A model generated the notes under the pieces. It worked only from the letters and a program-made list of their open reading frames with translations. It ran no database searches and was not told the DNA's origin. A DNA stretch of 63,676 nucleotides, filler included, from Licmophora abbreviata (lineage: Eukaryota): the NCBI GenBank assembly GCA_900291995.1. It is 9 parts of 9 records of this genome, joined end to end, with 100 filler letters (N's around TTAATTAATTAA, not from the genome) between each part and the next. Parts side by side here need not be neighbours in the genome. Positions count along the whole stretch, not along the records: positions 23,991 to 34,261 come from OLMU01004666.1; positions 34,362 to 39,719 come from OLMU01004667.1; 7 more parts are not named here. One strand, 5' to 3'. Below, in pieces: positions 23,891 to 37,833 of this stretch. The translations under genes and the position numbers were made by a program. Position 1 is the stretch's first letter. Every line of letters begins with the position of its first letter.

Positions 23891-23990
23891 NNNNNNNNNN
23901 NNNNNNNNNNNNNNNNNNNNNNNNNNNNNNNNNNTTAATTAATTAANNNNNNNNNNNNNNNNNNNNNNNNNNNNNNNNNNNNNNNNNNNN
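23891..23990. other. Artificial 100-nt assembly spacer
   Basis: N-TTAATTAATTAA-N. Confidence 0.97.
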
Positions 23991-24109
23991 ATGATTCAAC
24001 GTCGCACCACATGCACACCCCGTTGAATGCGACGCCCCAATAGAATGGTCCCCAAACTCATAATAAGACCGACTACTCTTCATTTTCCTAACAACAAGAA
24101 CATAGTCTA

Positions 24110-24630
<521 letters not shown>

Positions 24631-25044
24631 GATGGAAATAGAAGGATGTGAAGCAAGGAAAGAGGAGGAGGAGGCGAAGCAAGAATACACACAAAAGAGT
24701 GGATACAATGGCGAGCTGCGTTGTCAGATGATGGCGAGTTGTGGACAAACTAAAATGCCGCCGCGCGGTCATTCGCGATGTAGGTTCTTTTGCGCGAGTT
24801 CTCTCCGTTGGAGGCTCGAAGTGAACACGCCAATGAAGACATTCTGTGACGTCAATACATTAAGAATGTTTATCCGTGACGCAGGGATACATGATAAATA
24901 CGTATGACGTACCACCGTACGGCAGACACTCGGCAGAAGGTTTGAACGCTTTTCCCGGGAATGAAGGGCGTTAGCGGAGAAGCTTCGATGCTACTGATTG
25001 AAATGTACTCATATGTGTAAGTATGTCTATGCTTTTTTGCTGAG

Positions 25045-28000
25045 CTACTGGAAAAAGTACTTGGCTCTCCGAACTTCATTCAAGTCTAGATCTCCTCGTT
25101 CCGGTAGATCCGGAAACGCAATCGATGGATATCGTAACTCCCAGTTCTGTTTCAATGATTCTAGCAGAGGCTGTGAATACAACTGTACAAAACACTCTCG
25201 TAACGCCTCGTTCATTTCGTCCACATCGCAAGGATGTGTCCAGAACGAATCATGGACGGCGGAAAAGGCGAGGCCTCGTCGGTCCATCTCGAGTGCTGTT
25301 AAAATCATGTGAGACGAATCGAGCGAGTGAACATAGTTCGGAGGGAATGCTGTCACTTGCTTCTGCTTGTGAATGGGTAGATCATCGGACCAATGCATCA
25401 AGACTATAGACTGTAGCAGCGTCACGATCGTGTATGGCTTTGCACGCCGATATGGTTGAACGACCGGTATGCCGAGGGGTGACACGAACGCGACTGGTTG
25501 TCCTTGTTGGGAGATGAGACGAGCGCATGCCGTTAACCAGTTCATGGTTTGTCTAGCACCAGTAAAGAGCTCGCCCATGACCTCCATGGTCAATGATGCG
25601 AGATAGCCACAGGCCTTGTGAATCTCATCCTCCATGTCGTCAATGTCGTGCCCAGCTTCTTCCAGCTGTCGACAGAATTGAGCCCGTTTCAATTGAGTTA
25701 GAATAGTTCCACAGAGGCAACCGCAGGATAGTAGGAAAACCTTAGCCGTACCTTTTCTTCGATCTTTTCTTGTATCTGTTTGCGTGCGCCAATGTACGTG
25801 ACACCATATACGCTCGTCATGACAGTGCGCTTAACGACACCACGGTCAATGAGTCCATTGACGAGTTTCGCCGCCTGGTTTCGCTTAAGAGCCTCTTGTT
25901 CTTGTTTTGTCAAGTCTTGTGGGTCGGTTTCAGCGTAACTCAAATCAGTCGCTGCTTCCTCGGAAACACGACGAATTACTTCGTGCATGACGCCAATGTA
26001 CACGTCCTGAGGTCTGTCGTCGTCGCAAAGATTGACTGCTCTTCCTCCGACACGATCGAGCCCTAGCGCAGCGTAGTGTTGTAGGCCGTTGCAGGAACCG
26101 TCCATGTGTACGGGCAGCGAACACATGTAGGTAGCCGGGTCTCCTGAATCAATTGCTTTGGCGATCTCGTGGCACGTTGCCAGTCCCTGAAAAGGATCGT
26201 CAAGTGTCATCCACCAGCGGTTTTCTCCGAAAGGATCGTCGACAGCTGCTCGGACATTATGCATGTTGTCATCCGTAAAATCTGCACGTCCCGCGAATGT
26301 AAGTTTGTCGTTGCCGGCCAAGTTGGCCAGGTGCACCTTGAGCCAGTAAAGGCCCCTGTCACCAAGCGGCTTGGCATCAGCAAACTTAAGCATGCCTCGA
26401 CAAAGGTCAGACCCGACGTTCGACAAGTGCGGCGGAACTGGGTATGCGCGACCACGAAAGTCAATGTTATAGGGAAAGTAGATCTCGTGATCCTGAAACT
26501 TGCGGGCTTGGTCTAGCTTCAAAATGGCAGAGCAGCGGAGGGACCGAAGATCCTAGTTGCGCACGCGGACGACGAGGTTAGCAACACCATCCACGTGACC
26601 ACGCCACAAGTGCACATGTATCCAGCAACGTACCATGTTTTTCTGGTGTATCCGTCGATGTTTTATCAGGTCTTCTCGATACTTACGGAACACAAGTCGA
26701 GATGCTTTATATTCTTCGCTTTCTTTGTCCAGCCCTTGTGGTGCTTTTTCGGGGCGAGCAGGCGCGAGAGGTACTTCAAGATCAGTACGTGACGGAATGT
26801 CCCCAAGTGGAAAGTCGTCCTTCCAGCAACGCTCGCCAACTTTCAGAACTTCCTTATTGATGACCCAAGGAACCCGGCCGAGAACATTGAGTCCGTCGAA
26901 AATCGTCGAGAGATCTGCCTCATGGAGTGCCGCCTAGGTAAGAATCGAGGTGTTTGAACGTGTGAGTCTCTGTAGCTACATCTAGAATCTGTTTTCGGAC
27001 GCGATGTTTCTCATACCTTTTGTACCATACTACCGTGCGTCCGCATAAATTCAGTCTTCAGCCAGCTATAACCGCCGTCGTCGGGAGAGACCCAGTCGCG
27101 GGGTGCGATGATCATCGGCTTAAACCTTGTAGTTGACGCCTCCAATGAATCGAATGAGTCTTCCAGAACCATCTTAGAAATCGCGCTGTGGAGGAAGAAG
27201 CAGCCCACTTGTTTCTTATTTCGCAAGCGCTGTTTTTCGTATGTAAAAGCGTTCTCTTCCTTATCGTCGACGCGGACGGTTGCCACATTTAAGATCATCT
27301 CCAACAATGCGACTCCCAACTTGACCTTTATGACGTCAGACCATGGATCTGTAGTGTTCAGCAACTTTCGGGCGCGTCGATTGGCATAGGAGACATTCCG
27401 AACACGTGTCTGCTTTTTTCCTGGGTCCATCTTGTTAGCGTCGTTAATGAATCGCTGTAGATGGGAAGATCCATACATCCAACTATCAATCATTTGAGAG
27501 AGACCAACGCTATCAATAGTCGACGAGTCATTCGCACCATGTCCGTCGTTGTCTTGAACATCTTGCATACCGTCGTCACTTTCAGTTTCGGGTTCAGCTT
27601 CTTGCTTTCTGGCTTCTTCCAGTTGCTGCAGTAGCAAGCGCTGCACATTCACTTCAGCCTCGACGGCTGTTCCTATGCGCATTGCTAGCGACGCGATGGG
27701 GATGCCGTCGTACGGATACAGTACGGTATTCACCAGAGCTTCGTGCGCAACAATGACAGCAAGTTTCTGAGGCTGTAACAAACAGAGGTATGGACCCCAC
27801 CGGTTGATATCCTTTTTCTTCTCACTCTTGAGAAAGTAGGCCCTCTGTTGATTCTCGATGGCGTTCTTGAGAGGTTCGTACCAGTCCCGAAGCTGCCTTT
27901 GGACCATGGTCAGACTCGTGAAGTCTTCACGTTCACGTGCCGACTCAATGATCTCCCGATAGTTAGATACTGATTCGCGTTGCGACTCGCACTCCAGCCA

Positions 28001-28681
28001 CAATTGAAGGTCCTCAATATTGTCGGGTGGCTGGTCCGGCTCAAACCGTAGCAGCATGTCGTGCGTCGATCGCTTCTGGGCCTGTCTTCGATGTTGACGT
28101 GGTCTTGAAAGCGATTCTACTGGGTGGGCGACAGTTTCAAACTTTGTTCCAGTCCGAGTTACATGCTCCTCGATGATTTCGTCGTCATGTTCGTCGTCTT
28201 CGTTCAATGATGTCTCTTCCCGAGCGGGGGCATCCCAAATTGTGGCTTCTCCCAATTCATAGTCGAGCGACGACGGAGAAGACGTATCTTCTTCGTATTC
28301 TTGATAATCCAAGTCGCCCAACATGTGCGAAAGGCATGCCCGAGAAAAGATTTCTATTTCCTCGTCGTATAGCTTGTCATGTTCGACTGCACCAACCGAA
28401 GTATGATCCTCGTTGAGCTCATCCAGTTTTGAGAAAGCTGAAACAGCAGCAGGGCCTGTATGCAGCGGTCGTTGTAATGACACTGCACTCGTGGTATAGT
28501 GTTGACACCGGTCCAATGGAAAACCTGACATTCTGCGGGAAAGCGCGACGATGTTGTTCCTACGCCCGGCTACTCTTCCGAACGATCGACGCCGTGATAG
28601 ATGTGAGTCGCGTAGGAGGCGCCTTTTCATGACTTGTCTGTCTCTACATCGACGAGTGGTTGCGGCCCATCGCGATTGCAT
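25045..28681 (-). CDS. RPOT: Single-subunit T3/T7 phage-type RNA polymerase, mitochondrial; exons ~28681-27017, 26933-26634, 26552-25752, 25665-25045
   Basis: Arg-rich mitochondrial-type N-terminus, NIDFRGRAYP, motif A VHMDGSCNGLQHYAAL, motif B RGVVKRTVMTSVYG, FPPNYVHSLDSSHM, motif C VHDSFWTH and C-terminal YFFQ. Confidence 0.95.
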
Positions 28682-28987
28682 ATCTAACAAAGACTCTCAA
28701 GTGAACAAAAGCGAATCTTACGCGATACAAGGAGCACACCGAGAACAATAAGAACGGTACAAAGTGATGAGAAGTATAATGCAAGCTGCATCGCGAGTAT
28801 CGCGGCGGGTGAGCGATGTGAGATGCGCGATCGATGATGTGAGATGTTTTTCGTGGCCACCAGAAGTCAGAAGTCTCCGGGTTCACCGTACGACGTATAG
28901 ACTCCAAAGTCTTGTCGCGCAGTCGCGCGCAATCCCAAAAACGCAAAACGCACCACACTGCACTCACAGGTGACCTCATCGACCACC

Positions 28988-30422
28988 ATGATGGCGGCCG
29001 CTCCCAGGGTTTGGGCCTTGTCGGCCTTCACGTTGCTGAGTCTATTGCCCAATACGCTTGGACTTCCACCCCAATGGCCAGAACTGGATGAATCTTACAC
29101 GTTTCAAAAATATCTGCAGGATTTTAGCAAATCTTATGGTGCCGAAGAACTCCCGCGCCGCCAGGACATCTTTGAGAACAATCTGCGCAGAATTCTGAGC
29201 CACAATGCCGAGAAGAGCCGCAGTTTCGTCATGGGTGTCAACCATTTAATGGATATGAATCCACATGAACTTCCTTTTGGTCATGACAAGAACGTCGGCC
29301 GAATCAACGAAATGCTTGCCACAGAACGAAGAGGGCTGCAGAACAGTCGTCAGGTCGGTAGTCGGCGACAGACGGTGTCGATTGATCTATCTTGATGAGC
29401 TCTATCGTCACACTCACTTTCTTTCAATTGCATATCCTTCGCTTAGATGCCTATTCCGTTTGAAATTGACGAGGTCTCGACGCTGCCGGATTCAGTCGAT
29501 TGGCGGAATGAAGGCATTGTCACGCCTGTCAAAGATCAGGGCGGATGCGGGTCATGTTGGGCTTTTGCATCGACTGCGGCATTGGAGTCGCATATTGCAC
29601 TAGAGACAGGAATTCTCTTCTCCCTCAGTCCACAAGAGTTGGTTTCGTGTGCTCCGAATCCGCGTCACTGTGGCGGTGACGGAGGATGCAAGGGATCAAC
29701 TGGTCAGCTCGCCTTCGAGTTCATAGCGACAGAGGGCATGGTCCAGGAGTGGCAGTTCGCGTACCAATCGTATCACGGCGCGAATGTCACCTGCACACTA
29801 GTCGACAGAGAAAAGGAAATGACTGTTTCTGCTCCGGATCCGCCAGGAATTGACGGCGCTGTCGTGACGATTGATGGATACGCTTCGCTTTCTCGAAATA
29901 ACTATACGGTCATCATGAATGCTGTCGCCAAAATGGGCCCGCTGGTAGTGTCCGTCGCCGCCTCAAATTGGCATTTGTATCACTCTGGTGTCTTTGAGGA
30001 TCACAGTCATGGTCCGTCGGCTTTTGATATCAATCATGCCGTCGTATTGGTCGGCTATGGCACCGACGACACGGCAGGCGACTATTGGCTGATTAGAAAC
30101 TCATGGCGTCCCACGTGGGGTGAGTATACGAAGTGCATATAGGATTTTCATTTGTTATCTACCGTTCTACTCGCGCTCACACGCACATTTTGCAATTGAC
30201 ACCCAACCAGGTGAGCATGGCTACATTCGTCTCAGTCGCGTCGACCCCGCAACCCTGGACGATCCCGACTCGGTTTGCGGCACGGATGTGACGCCGCGAG
30301 ATGGTGATTCCTGTGCCCGAGACGAGGATGGTAACCCGATCGTCCCACCACCGACCAAGGTCTGTGGCACCTCGGGCGTGTTGAATGATTCTGTTCTCCC
30401 TATTGGCGGACGACTCGTTTAG
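28988..30422 (+). CDS. Papain-family (C1A) cysteine protease with I29 prodomain; two introns (~29354-29446, ~30121-30210)
   Basis: Signal peptide, ERFNIN-like prodomain (RRQDIFENNLRRILSHN...GVNHLMD), LPDSVDWR, QGGCGSCWAF, NHAVVLVGYG and IRNSW. Confidence 0.93.
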
Positions 30423-30778
30423 TTGGCGAGATTGTCACGTTGAACGGTGAGCGAGACGACAACGAAGTGAAAGAGATTCAGAATAGAGCCTTTTGTATAG
30501 CAGAACCATCCCGGGCGTATAGATCTAGTCTGTTAGACTAAGTGCCGCCCCCGCCACGCTGCATTCGACGGGCGACGGGATCTTTCATCTCGTGTGTCAC
30601 TAATGCTGAGCGAGTCTAGAGTCGAGTCGAGTCCAAGTGGCGTGACCCGCCGCGCGCGTCTGTCTGTAGGCGCCGCGAAGGACCTCAACACACAATCATC
30701 GCGCACAATGAGATGTGATTGCAATGACGACGCGGCGGCCATCGATTTCCTTGCTCAACCTCACAGCAGCTCGTGACC

Positions 30779-32819
30779 ATGACCTCAAAGACTCAGGGAT
30801 CGCGGCATGCGCTATCTTATGAAGAGTGGCTGTTACGGTACCGAGAGAATGGCCAGAAAAGAAAATTAGCTAATGGGAATAGCGACAAGAAGCACACGCG
30901 GCCGACATCATCATCTCTGCTGATGCTCGCCCGCGCGACATGTCCGGTTCAAGCTGCCATGCTCGAAGAGGAGGATGAGGCAGCGAATCAATTGTTGGAC
31001 CATAGCGTGAGGGAGTTCGATCGAGAATTCTCGATGTCATCGTCGTTCTCGAAGTTTTCTGAGTCAAGTTGCAAGTTCCCGTCATTGCGTCTCGTGAATG
31101 CTGACGATGTGGACGTCGATGCCTTCTTCGAGGAGTACCCCGAGTGTGAGCGTCCTCGAAACGCGCTAGGGGAGGCAGATAGTGAAGAAGAAGAAGAAGA
31201 GGAGCCAGCTGATATAGTGGTGATCCCGGCAAACAGACCCTCCCCAAAAGTGATGTCCATATACGACGGGGCTCCCGCACAAAAGGTGCAAAGACCATCT
31301 CTTAGCCACGTGAACCAAGCAAGAACTGTGCCTCGAGCAAATCATCAGCCGCCTACGCATCAGACGTCAGCACTACCGGTATCGCAACGCCCTCAGATCA
31401 TGAACGGACCTGTTCGTCCTCCAGATCCATGTGCTCCAGGTTGGGACGACGTTCGACGGGCACAGAATCCCTTTCAGACGGCACGAGAGTTCGCTCATAG
31501 CGGAGCTGATCAGGACGATAGGCCTCCGGACCGCCCTCGTCGAAATCAAATCCCGCAGCTGCCTCAGAATCCATACGCTCATCACGCATATCCTCAAGAG
31601 CCAGCATCAGCGCCGGTGCGTGGCCCGAGCATTCCAGAGTCTCTCAAACGAAAGTTTCAACCACCCAAGCGCAACGCGAATGAGGTGAGCACCAGTTCGT
31701 CTGTGAGCTCGTATTAAGTTTTATTCTTTCTCTCACGTTTTCTACGTGTGACCACAGGGGCCTCGCAATGACTCAGCAGGCGGAGATAGAAAGAATGGAC
31801 ATGTTCTTTCCAATGGTGTGGGCACTGTCGCACGTCCGTCGTCGTCATCGGACAAGCCGGACGGCGATGACTTACCTGAAGAACTCAAGGGCCTCGACAA
31901 GGAACTTGTCGAAAAGATCCAGAATGAAATTATGGAATCAGGAGAGTCAGTGACCTTCGATGACATTGCCGGTCTTACTGATGCGAAACAGACGGTTCAG
32001 GAAGTCGTTTGCTGGCCGATGAAACGTCCGGACCTCTTCACAGGTCTGCGTCGAGGACCTAACGGTCTGCTCATGTTTGGGCCTCCAGGCACGGGCAAAA
32101 CGTTGATTGGAAAAGCGATTGCACACGAGAGTGGCGCCACGTTCTTTTCGATTTCAAGCTCCTCCTTGACGAGCAAGTGGATTGGTGAGGGAGAGAAACT
32201 CGTTCGGACTCTCTTTGCCGTGGCGGCGTATCGTGAACCTGCGGTAGTTTTCATCGATGAAATCGATTCACTTTTGACCCAGCGAAAAGCTGACGAGAAT
32301 GAGGCAAGTCGTCGAATCAAGACCGAATTCCTAGTTCAGCTAGATGGTACAGGGACAAAGGGCCGAGTGTTGGTCATTGGAGCTACAAATCGGCCGCAGG
32401 AGTTGGACGACGCAGCGCGGAGGCGGTTCGTCAAGCGTCTCTACATTCCACTTCCTATTCGTGAGGATCGAGAGACGCTTCTGCGACGTCTACTTTCGTC
32501 GAATCGGAACCTTTTATCTGACAGGGACCTTGTCCGACTGTCCGAAGAGACTGATGGGTACAGCGGAGCTGATCTGAAGTCCTTGGCTGCAGACGCAGCT
32601 ATGGGACCGATTCGACAGCTAGGTGTCAAAGCTCTGGAGGTCGACCCACGTGATATTCCTCCAATTTCATACAAGCACTTTCGGCAGGCGCTTCGTGCGA
32701 CTACCCCCAGCGTGGCGCGGGCCGATCTCGAACAATACACGGATTGGGATAGCCTGTACGGTTCAAAATCGGGGCATGCAGTTCATGATGACGATGACGA
32801 AAGTGACGGGGACACATAG
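30779..32819 (+). CDS. FIGNL1: Fidgetin-like 1 AAA+ ATPase; intron 31685-31757
   Basis: FQTARE motif, KFQPP, EKIQNEIM...FDDIAGL, WPMKRPDLFTGLR, Walker A GPPGTGKT, SLTSKWIGEGEK, Walker B FIDEIDS and SRH ATNRPQELDDAARRR. Confidence 0.88.
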
Positions 32820-32847
32820 TAAAAGAAGTCAATCTAGTGTAAATAGC

Positions 32848-35800
32848 TCAAGCCTCACCGGGAAGGAGGAACACAAATACGCGACACCCCACTGTACAAA
32901 CGTCACCGTGAAACAAAGGGAAGCTTCCCATTCTGGCTTGAATGCGTTGGCCGTTCAAAGTCACAACGTCAGCGTCGTTATTTGCGCAGAACTGGAACTC
33001 GCCTCCTGTCGACGGGCAAAACTGAATCGTTGCCGCTGATTCAGCGCAGGATCCCGAGGTGCCTCCAATGTTACAGTCCAGACCACCGATAGTACCGCCC
33101 AGAGGTGTCTCCACCTGTAATGAACGACACGCTTCTTCCGTTAATCTGCTAGCTCGTCCAATTACACACGTGCCCGCGCGTAGAGAGGTGCGGAACGATT
33201 CGTTGAACCCATTCGGATCATATTCCTTGGACAAAGTCAAGGAAGCCATGTGTTCTTGGGTGTCAGACTCGAACGTACACGTCGCAAGGAATGTTGCAGG
33301 ATTCCATCCAAACAAAAGAGAGGAGAGCCCCATGAGAATAGCCCCAGCTTGCACAGTTTCGAGTTTCTGATCGGATTTCAGAGCGACACATGGTCGCAAA
33401 TTACTGTGAGTTGGTGTCGATATTCCAAGTGCCATGATGGATGAGCGGAGAGATCGGGCTGCCATAAGGCGAGCCCCAACCAAGGAAACAAGGTCGTCAT
33501 CGGTAACCTCGTCGAACGATTTTCGACGTCCAAGAGCCGACGCCTGTAAAGGTTTGACCAATGGAGGAAAATTATTAGAAACAAATGAAAGAGTTACGGG
33601 GAAAGAAATGTAGTGGCAGACTGACCTTTACGACAGCCTTCGAAAAAAGCGACGCCATGTTCAAATGATCAACTTTCGATGGTACTTTCGCGCTCGCCGT
33701 TCGCACCTTCTTCGATGAAGATTGGGCCGTCTTCGGCGCTCGCTTCCGCTTCTTCTTGACTTCTTCGACTTGATCATTCGCGGGGTCCGCACCATCTCCG
33801 CCTCCGCTGGGCACCGAATCGGCTTCGTCAGCCTTCTTCTTAACTTTCTTCTTCTTCTGTCCAGTCGGCTTTGGAGGAGGCAGGACAGTCCTTCCTTCCG
33901 CAATGTCCTTCTTCTCCTGTTCGTATGCCGCCGCGGCTTCCTCGCCTTCTTTCTGAGCTTTCTTGGTTGCGTCCTCGCCGTAAAGGATAAGATGGGCCCA
34001 GGCTGCAAAGAGTCCAAGAGACAATAACAGACAGTGAGCAACGTCAAAGACAAGCCCTGCGAAGTGCGTGCATACATCGACTTACCATAGACAGCTGCCG
34101 CATCCCACTCCGAGTCGAAAGTCCCAAGGTAGTGATTTACGCCGTTGAAAGATATCTGACTTTGCCAACGATCATGACCTTTTCGTGCTTGTCGACAAAC
34201 ACCGCGGTAAGCGTAAACATGGCGCTTTGAGTTCCCGCCAGTACGAGATGTTTGTCTTGGGNNNNNNNNNNNNNNNNNNNNNNNNNNNNNNNNNNNNNNN
34301 NNNNNTTAATTAATTAANNNNNNNNNNNNNNNNNNNNNNNNNNNNNNNNNNNNNNNNNNNNCGAAAGTGCAGGAACCACATCGCTGGATGCACCTCCCAA
34401 CAAGTCAAGGCCGAACCCCGCAGTGGCAACTGGAGCGCTGTCTTCATAAACAATCCGAGTCCCGTCTTGTTTGAAGTTGAGCTCCGTAGAGCTACTGTCC
34501 TTGCCATGGGTAGCAGCCACTTCGTCATACTTTCGAGCAGCCTCCTCTGTCGAATCAAATAGCATTGTGTTCCCAGCGTCGTCGGACACCTGCTTGCCCG
34601 CCATCTTGACGAAGTGCTTCCCCGAGGCATTGATCCAGATGCCACGGTATCCCGGCACTCGGAACGAACCGTCTGAATCTTTGTCCTCAGGCTTTGTCCC
34701 CAAGCCTTTCGGTACCTTCTTAACACTTTTTTTACCGGCTGGGCCAGATCCTCCGGACCTTACGCCTTGTCCAACAGTTGGTGTCGCGCCGGAACCCTGA
34801 TCTCCGCCGGCAGTTGGTTGCCCACATGTTCGCTCGTGATGGGTTCGAGCTTGCGATGTGCCGCAATCAACGCCACACGTTCGGCACAGCCACGTTCCGG
34901 GAGGCGCGTGCATACCAGCCATGTGCTGACGCAGTCCTTGCTCTGAGCCGAACTTACGGCCACACCGAACGCCCAAGCGGTACGCCATGGACCCCGTCAC
35001 AACCCCACCCGCCCCAGACGTGGTTGTCGAGGAGGCTGTGACGACTTCGTGACAAATGTGACCATAAAAAGTCGACTCTTTCATGGCGTCAACCACATTC
35101 TGAAAGGAGGCCTTGCCGAGCTCGTAGAACAGCCAAGATCGTGACGTCGGCTGGAACCACTGCTGCACAGCAACCCGACGAGAATAGGCAATTTTTCCTT
35201 CTGAAATGAGAACCTCCTCCGGCACGACTTCGGGTGCTGGTAGCATGATTGAACGATCTCCAGCAGGTAGCTTCCCTGTCAACGCACTCATGGCCAATTC
35301 ATGCATGTCGTGCTGGTCCGCAGGGTAGTGTACAATGATCGAACGACTCAGAAGCGTCCTCGTATGGTTCATACTCTCAGGATCGCTAGCAATCTTGCTG
35401 CGATCCCATTCTTCTCGAACCACGTCGGCAAAGTGTGGAAACAAAAAGTTAAGCAAGCCCGGTACAGGCGCCGTCACCAACGAATCGCGATGTGTGTGCG
35501 ACATACAGCCGGTCGTCAGGATACGATGGCGAGCGGTCAAACCAATCATCGCTTCTTTCATTTTCGGAGCAGCAGCGCTGAAGTCCCATTCCTTGTGCCC
35601 TGTCCCCGCGAGACCTACATGATCGTCACTTGAGCTCCACATGGCGTTCTCCCACGTCGTCCCTAGTGAACTGTTCGGGTCCGTCTGCGCAGCCGACAAC
35701 CACGCAAAGCCGTCGTCCAACAAGACGACTTGATATGGAAGCTGACACAAGTGCAAGTAGTCTTGAAAGAAGACAGAATAAGACGTCACCATGACATGAA

Positions 35801-37255
35801 AAGATGATGCGGGCAGTCCTCGTGCAAGCGAAAATCGTTCCCGGAGTTGACGGCGCTGGGTCTGCGAGCCGACATAGCTCAGCACGCGCAAGCTGCTGGT
35901 GTTGGCGTCGGGCAAGTTGGACGAGACCATTCTCACATGGCTGTCGACAGCATCGAATTCTTGCGCAAACGCCTGTACTTCAGGCTGCGTTGTTACAATC
36001 AGATGAGGTCCATACTGGTTATGTTCGACTCGTTTCAGCAAGTCGCCTACCTTTTGTATCGCGTGGCCCACTCTACGTCGTAGTAGAGCGCATGCCCAGC
36101 GCCTTGCTGCAAAACAGAGAGAAACCGTGGTGCGCACTGCAACTTCCATTGAGATGTCAAGTGTGCTTCACTCAGCATTGGCGGAGCTGGAAATATCGGT
36201 TGCGCACCGTCCTTGACCGCTGGCGATTCCACAGCGCTCCCAATCGAATTGCTGCCCCCATAGTTGCAGAAAGCAATCCGCGCCATCCAAGGGAGACGCG
36301 TTGGCAATGCTCTTTTGGCATCATTCTTGGCATTATCGCGACGGTACTCATAACGCTGAGTGGAACGATACGCCGCATTCTTGGCCAGAGAGGCGGCCCT
36401 CTGTCCCAATGTCTGCGCCTGCAACAGTACCGCACCCATATTGACCGATGGAGACGACGACCCAGTTTGCTGCGCACCGGCAGGATTAGAAATAATGCCT
36501 TCGTCTACTCTTTGGTGTTTGTTTTGGGGGATATCCTTGACGTCTACCTCGTAGTTGGGATACCTAGGAGTTAGCTTGTCAACAGCAATCGACGCTGCCG
36601 CGCACAAGACGGCGTGCGAGAGGGTTGCCCGCGAATCGAGTGCGACAGCTTCCGGTGTCGAAAGTTTCGATGAGCTCGCCGTTTTCGAAGGAGACCTATT
36701 GGCCCCACTAGCTTTGGCTTTAGTTTTGCCCTCACCATCCGAAGTTGTCTTGGACATGCCTGAAGGCGTCCTGGGATTGGCAGCCGCAACCTGAGCGACA
36801 TATTCCTTGTTGAGGTAAGCTCTTTCAAGGCTCTCCTCTCGCAAACTATGCAGCTGATTCAAACTGGAGATGAGAGGCGGAAGTGAAGACAGAGAGACTG
36901 AAGTGGCAGTCACTAAAGAATGATTGCAATCCACGCTGTTCTCCAAGGCTTGCAGAACTGATGCTGCTGCAGCGCCAAAGGCCGCACGGACGACAGATGC
37001 CTTGTCTCGCCGCAATCGAGCCATACACGCATCGGCATCCCACTGGGCCGAGTAATTGACTGTAGGTTCTTTCGCAGATGTCTTCGTGGCAATCTCAGTA
37101 GATGGAAGCTGTACACGACGATGATAAAGATCGTGGGCTGCATCGCGAGTCCTCCACGACAACGATACCTTGGATTCCAAAAAAATAGGATCAGACGGCG
37201 TCGCTACCGCGGTGATGGAGTCCTGGACGAAACTCTCAGTCTCTGAAGGATCCAT
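32848..37255 (-). CDS. Large multidomain nuclear regulator: degenerate SNF2-like lobe, C2H2 fingers, two AP2 domains, C-terminal FHA-like domain; contains one spacer, two introns and an apparent frameshift at ~36050
   Basis: GPHLIV, FHVMVTSY, YQVVLLDDG, RILTTG; CGRKFGSEQGLRQHMAGMH and CRTCGVDC...HHERTC; AP2 YRGIW...FDSTEEAARKYD and YRGVCRQ...WQSQISFNGVNHYLGTFDSEWDAAAVYAWA; VTLNGQRI...LFHGDVCTVG. Confidence 0.72.
34262..34361. other. Artificial 100-nt assembly spacer (inside the AP2 regulator gene)
   Basis: N-TTAATTAATTAA-N. Confidence 0.97.
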
Positions 37256-37426
37256 GGCGTCGACGCTGCGACTCTATTCTAAGAGAGAAAGGACACAATT
37301 GGGGGAGTACTCTACCAGTTTCAAGTTGGTGATGAGGCTATTGGGCTGTGCGGTGAGACAGGTGAGTGAGTCGAGTCAAGTCGAGTCGGCAGCGCGGTGT
37401 ATTCTCTCATGGTGCTGATGATGAGG

Positions 37427-37439
37427 AGGGTTAGGGTTA
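37427..37439 (+). repeat. Interstitial telomere-like motif AGGGTTAGGGTTA
   Basis: 13-nt perfect match to (TTAGGG)n in a divergent intergenic region. Confidence 0.8.
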
Positions 37440-37833
37440 TCGTTATCCGCGGTGCTTCAAAATCGCAAGATACTACGTATGGTTTCAGTGCGCGCGCAGT
37501 TTATGAAATACTCCGAGTACGTATGAAATGCTGCAGTGTGCACACTATGCTTGAGTGGCGTCACAGGTACCCTTTATTCGTATTCAGCATGAATACCGAA
37601 AATTAATTAGGGAAGTATGTTGGAACTGGAATGTCAAATTGAAAAAGAATGAAACAAACTCCTGATTCCTTATAGAAGAACCCGGAGGTTCCATAGTCAT
37701 TTTGAGATGACATTCTGCCTAGCGATCATGTTATAAATCTCGCGACGGAGGCGGCGACCGACGACCCTGTCGTATTAGGTCTAGCTTTGGACTCCTTGCA
37801 GCCAAGCTCTTGTCTCTATCATAACATTACGCC

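Noticed and set aside
25045..28681. T7-like RNA polymerase as a prophage or viral insertion
   Set aside because: It has three spliceosomal introns and a mitochondrial-type presequence, with no viral neighbours. It is the ordinary nuclear-encoded mitochondrial polymerase.
37415..37425. ATGATGA as a C/D snoRNA C box
   Set aside because: There is no CTGA D box at a suitable distance.
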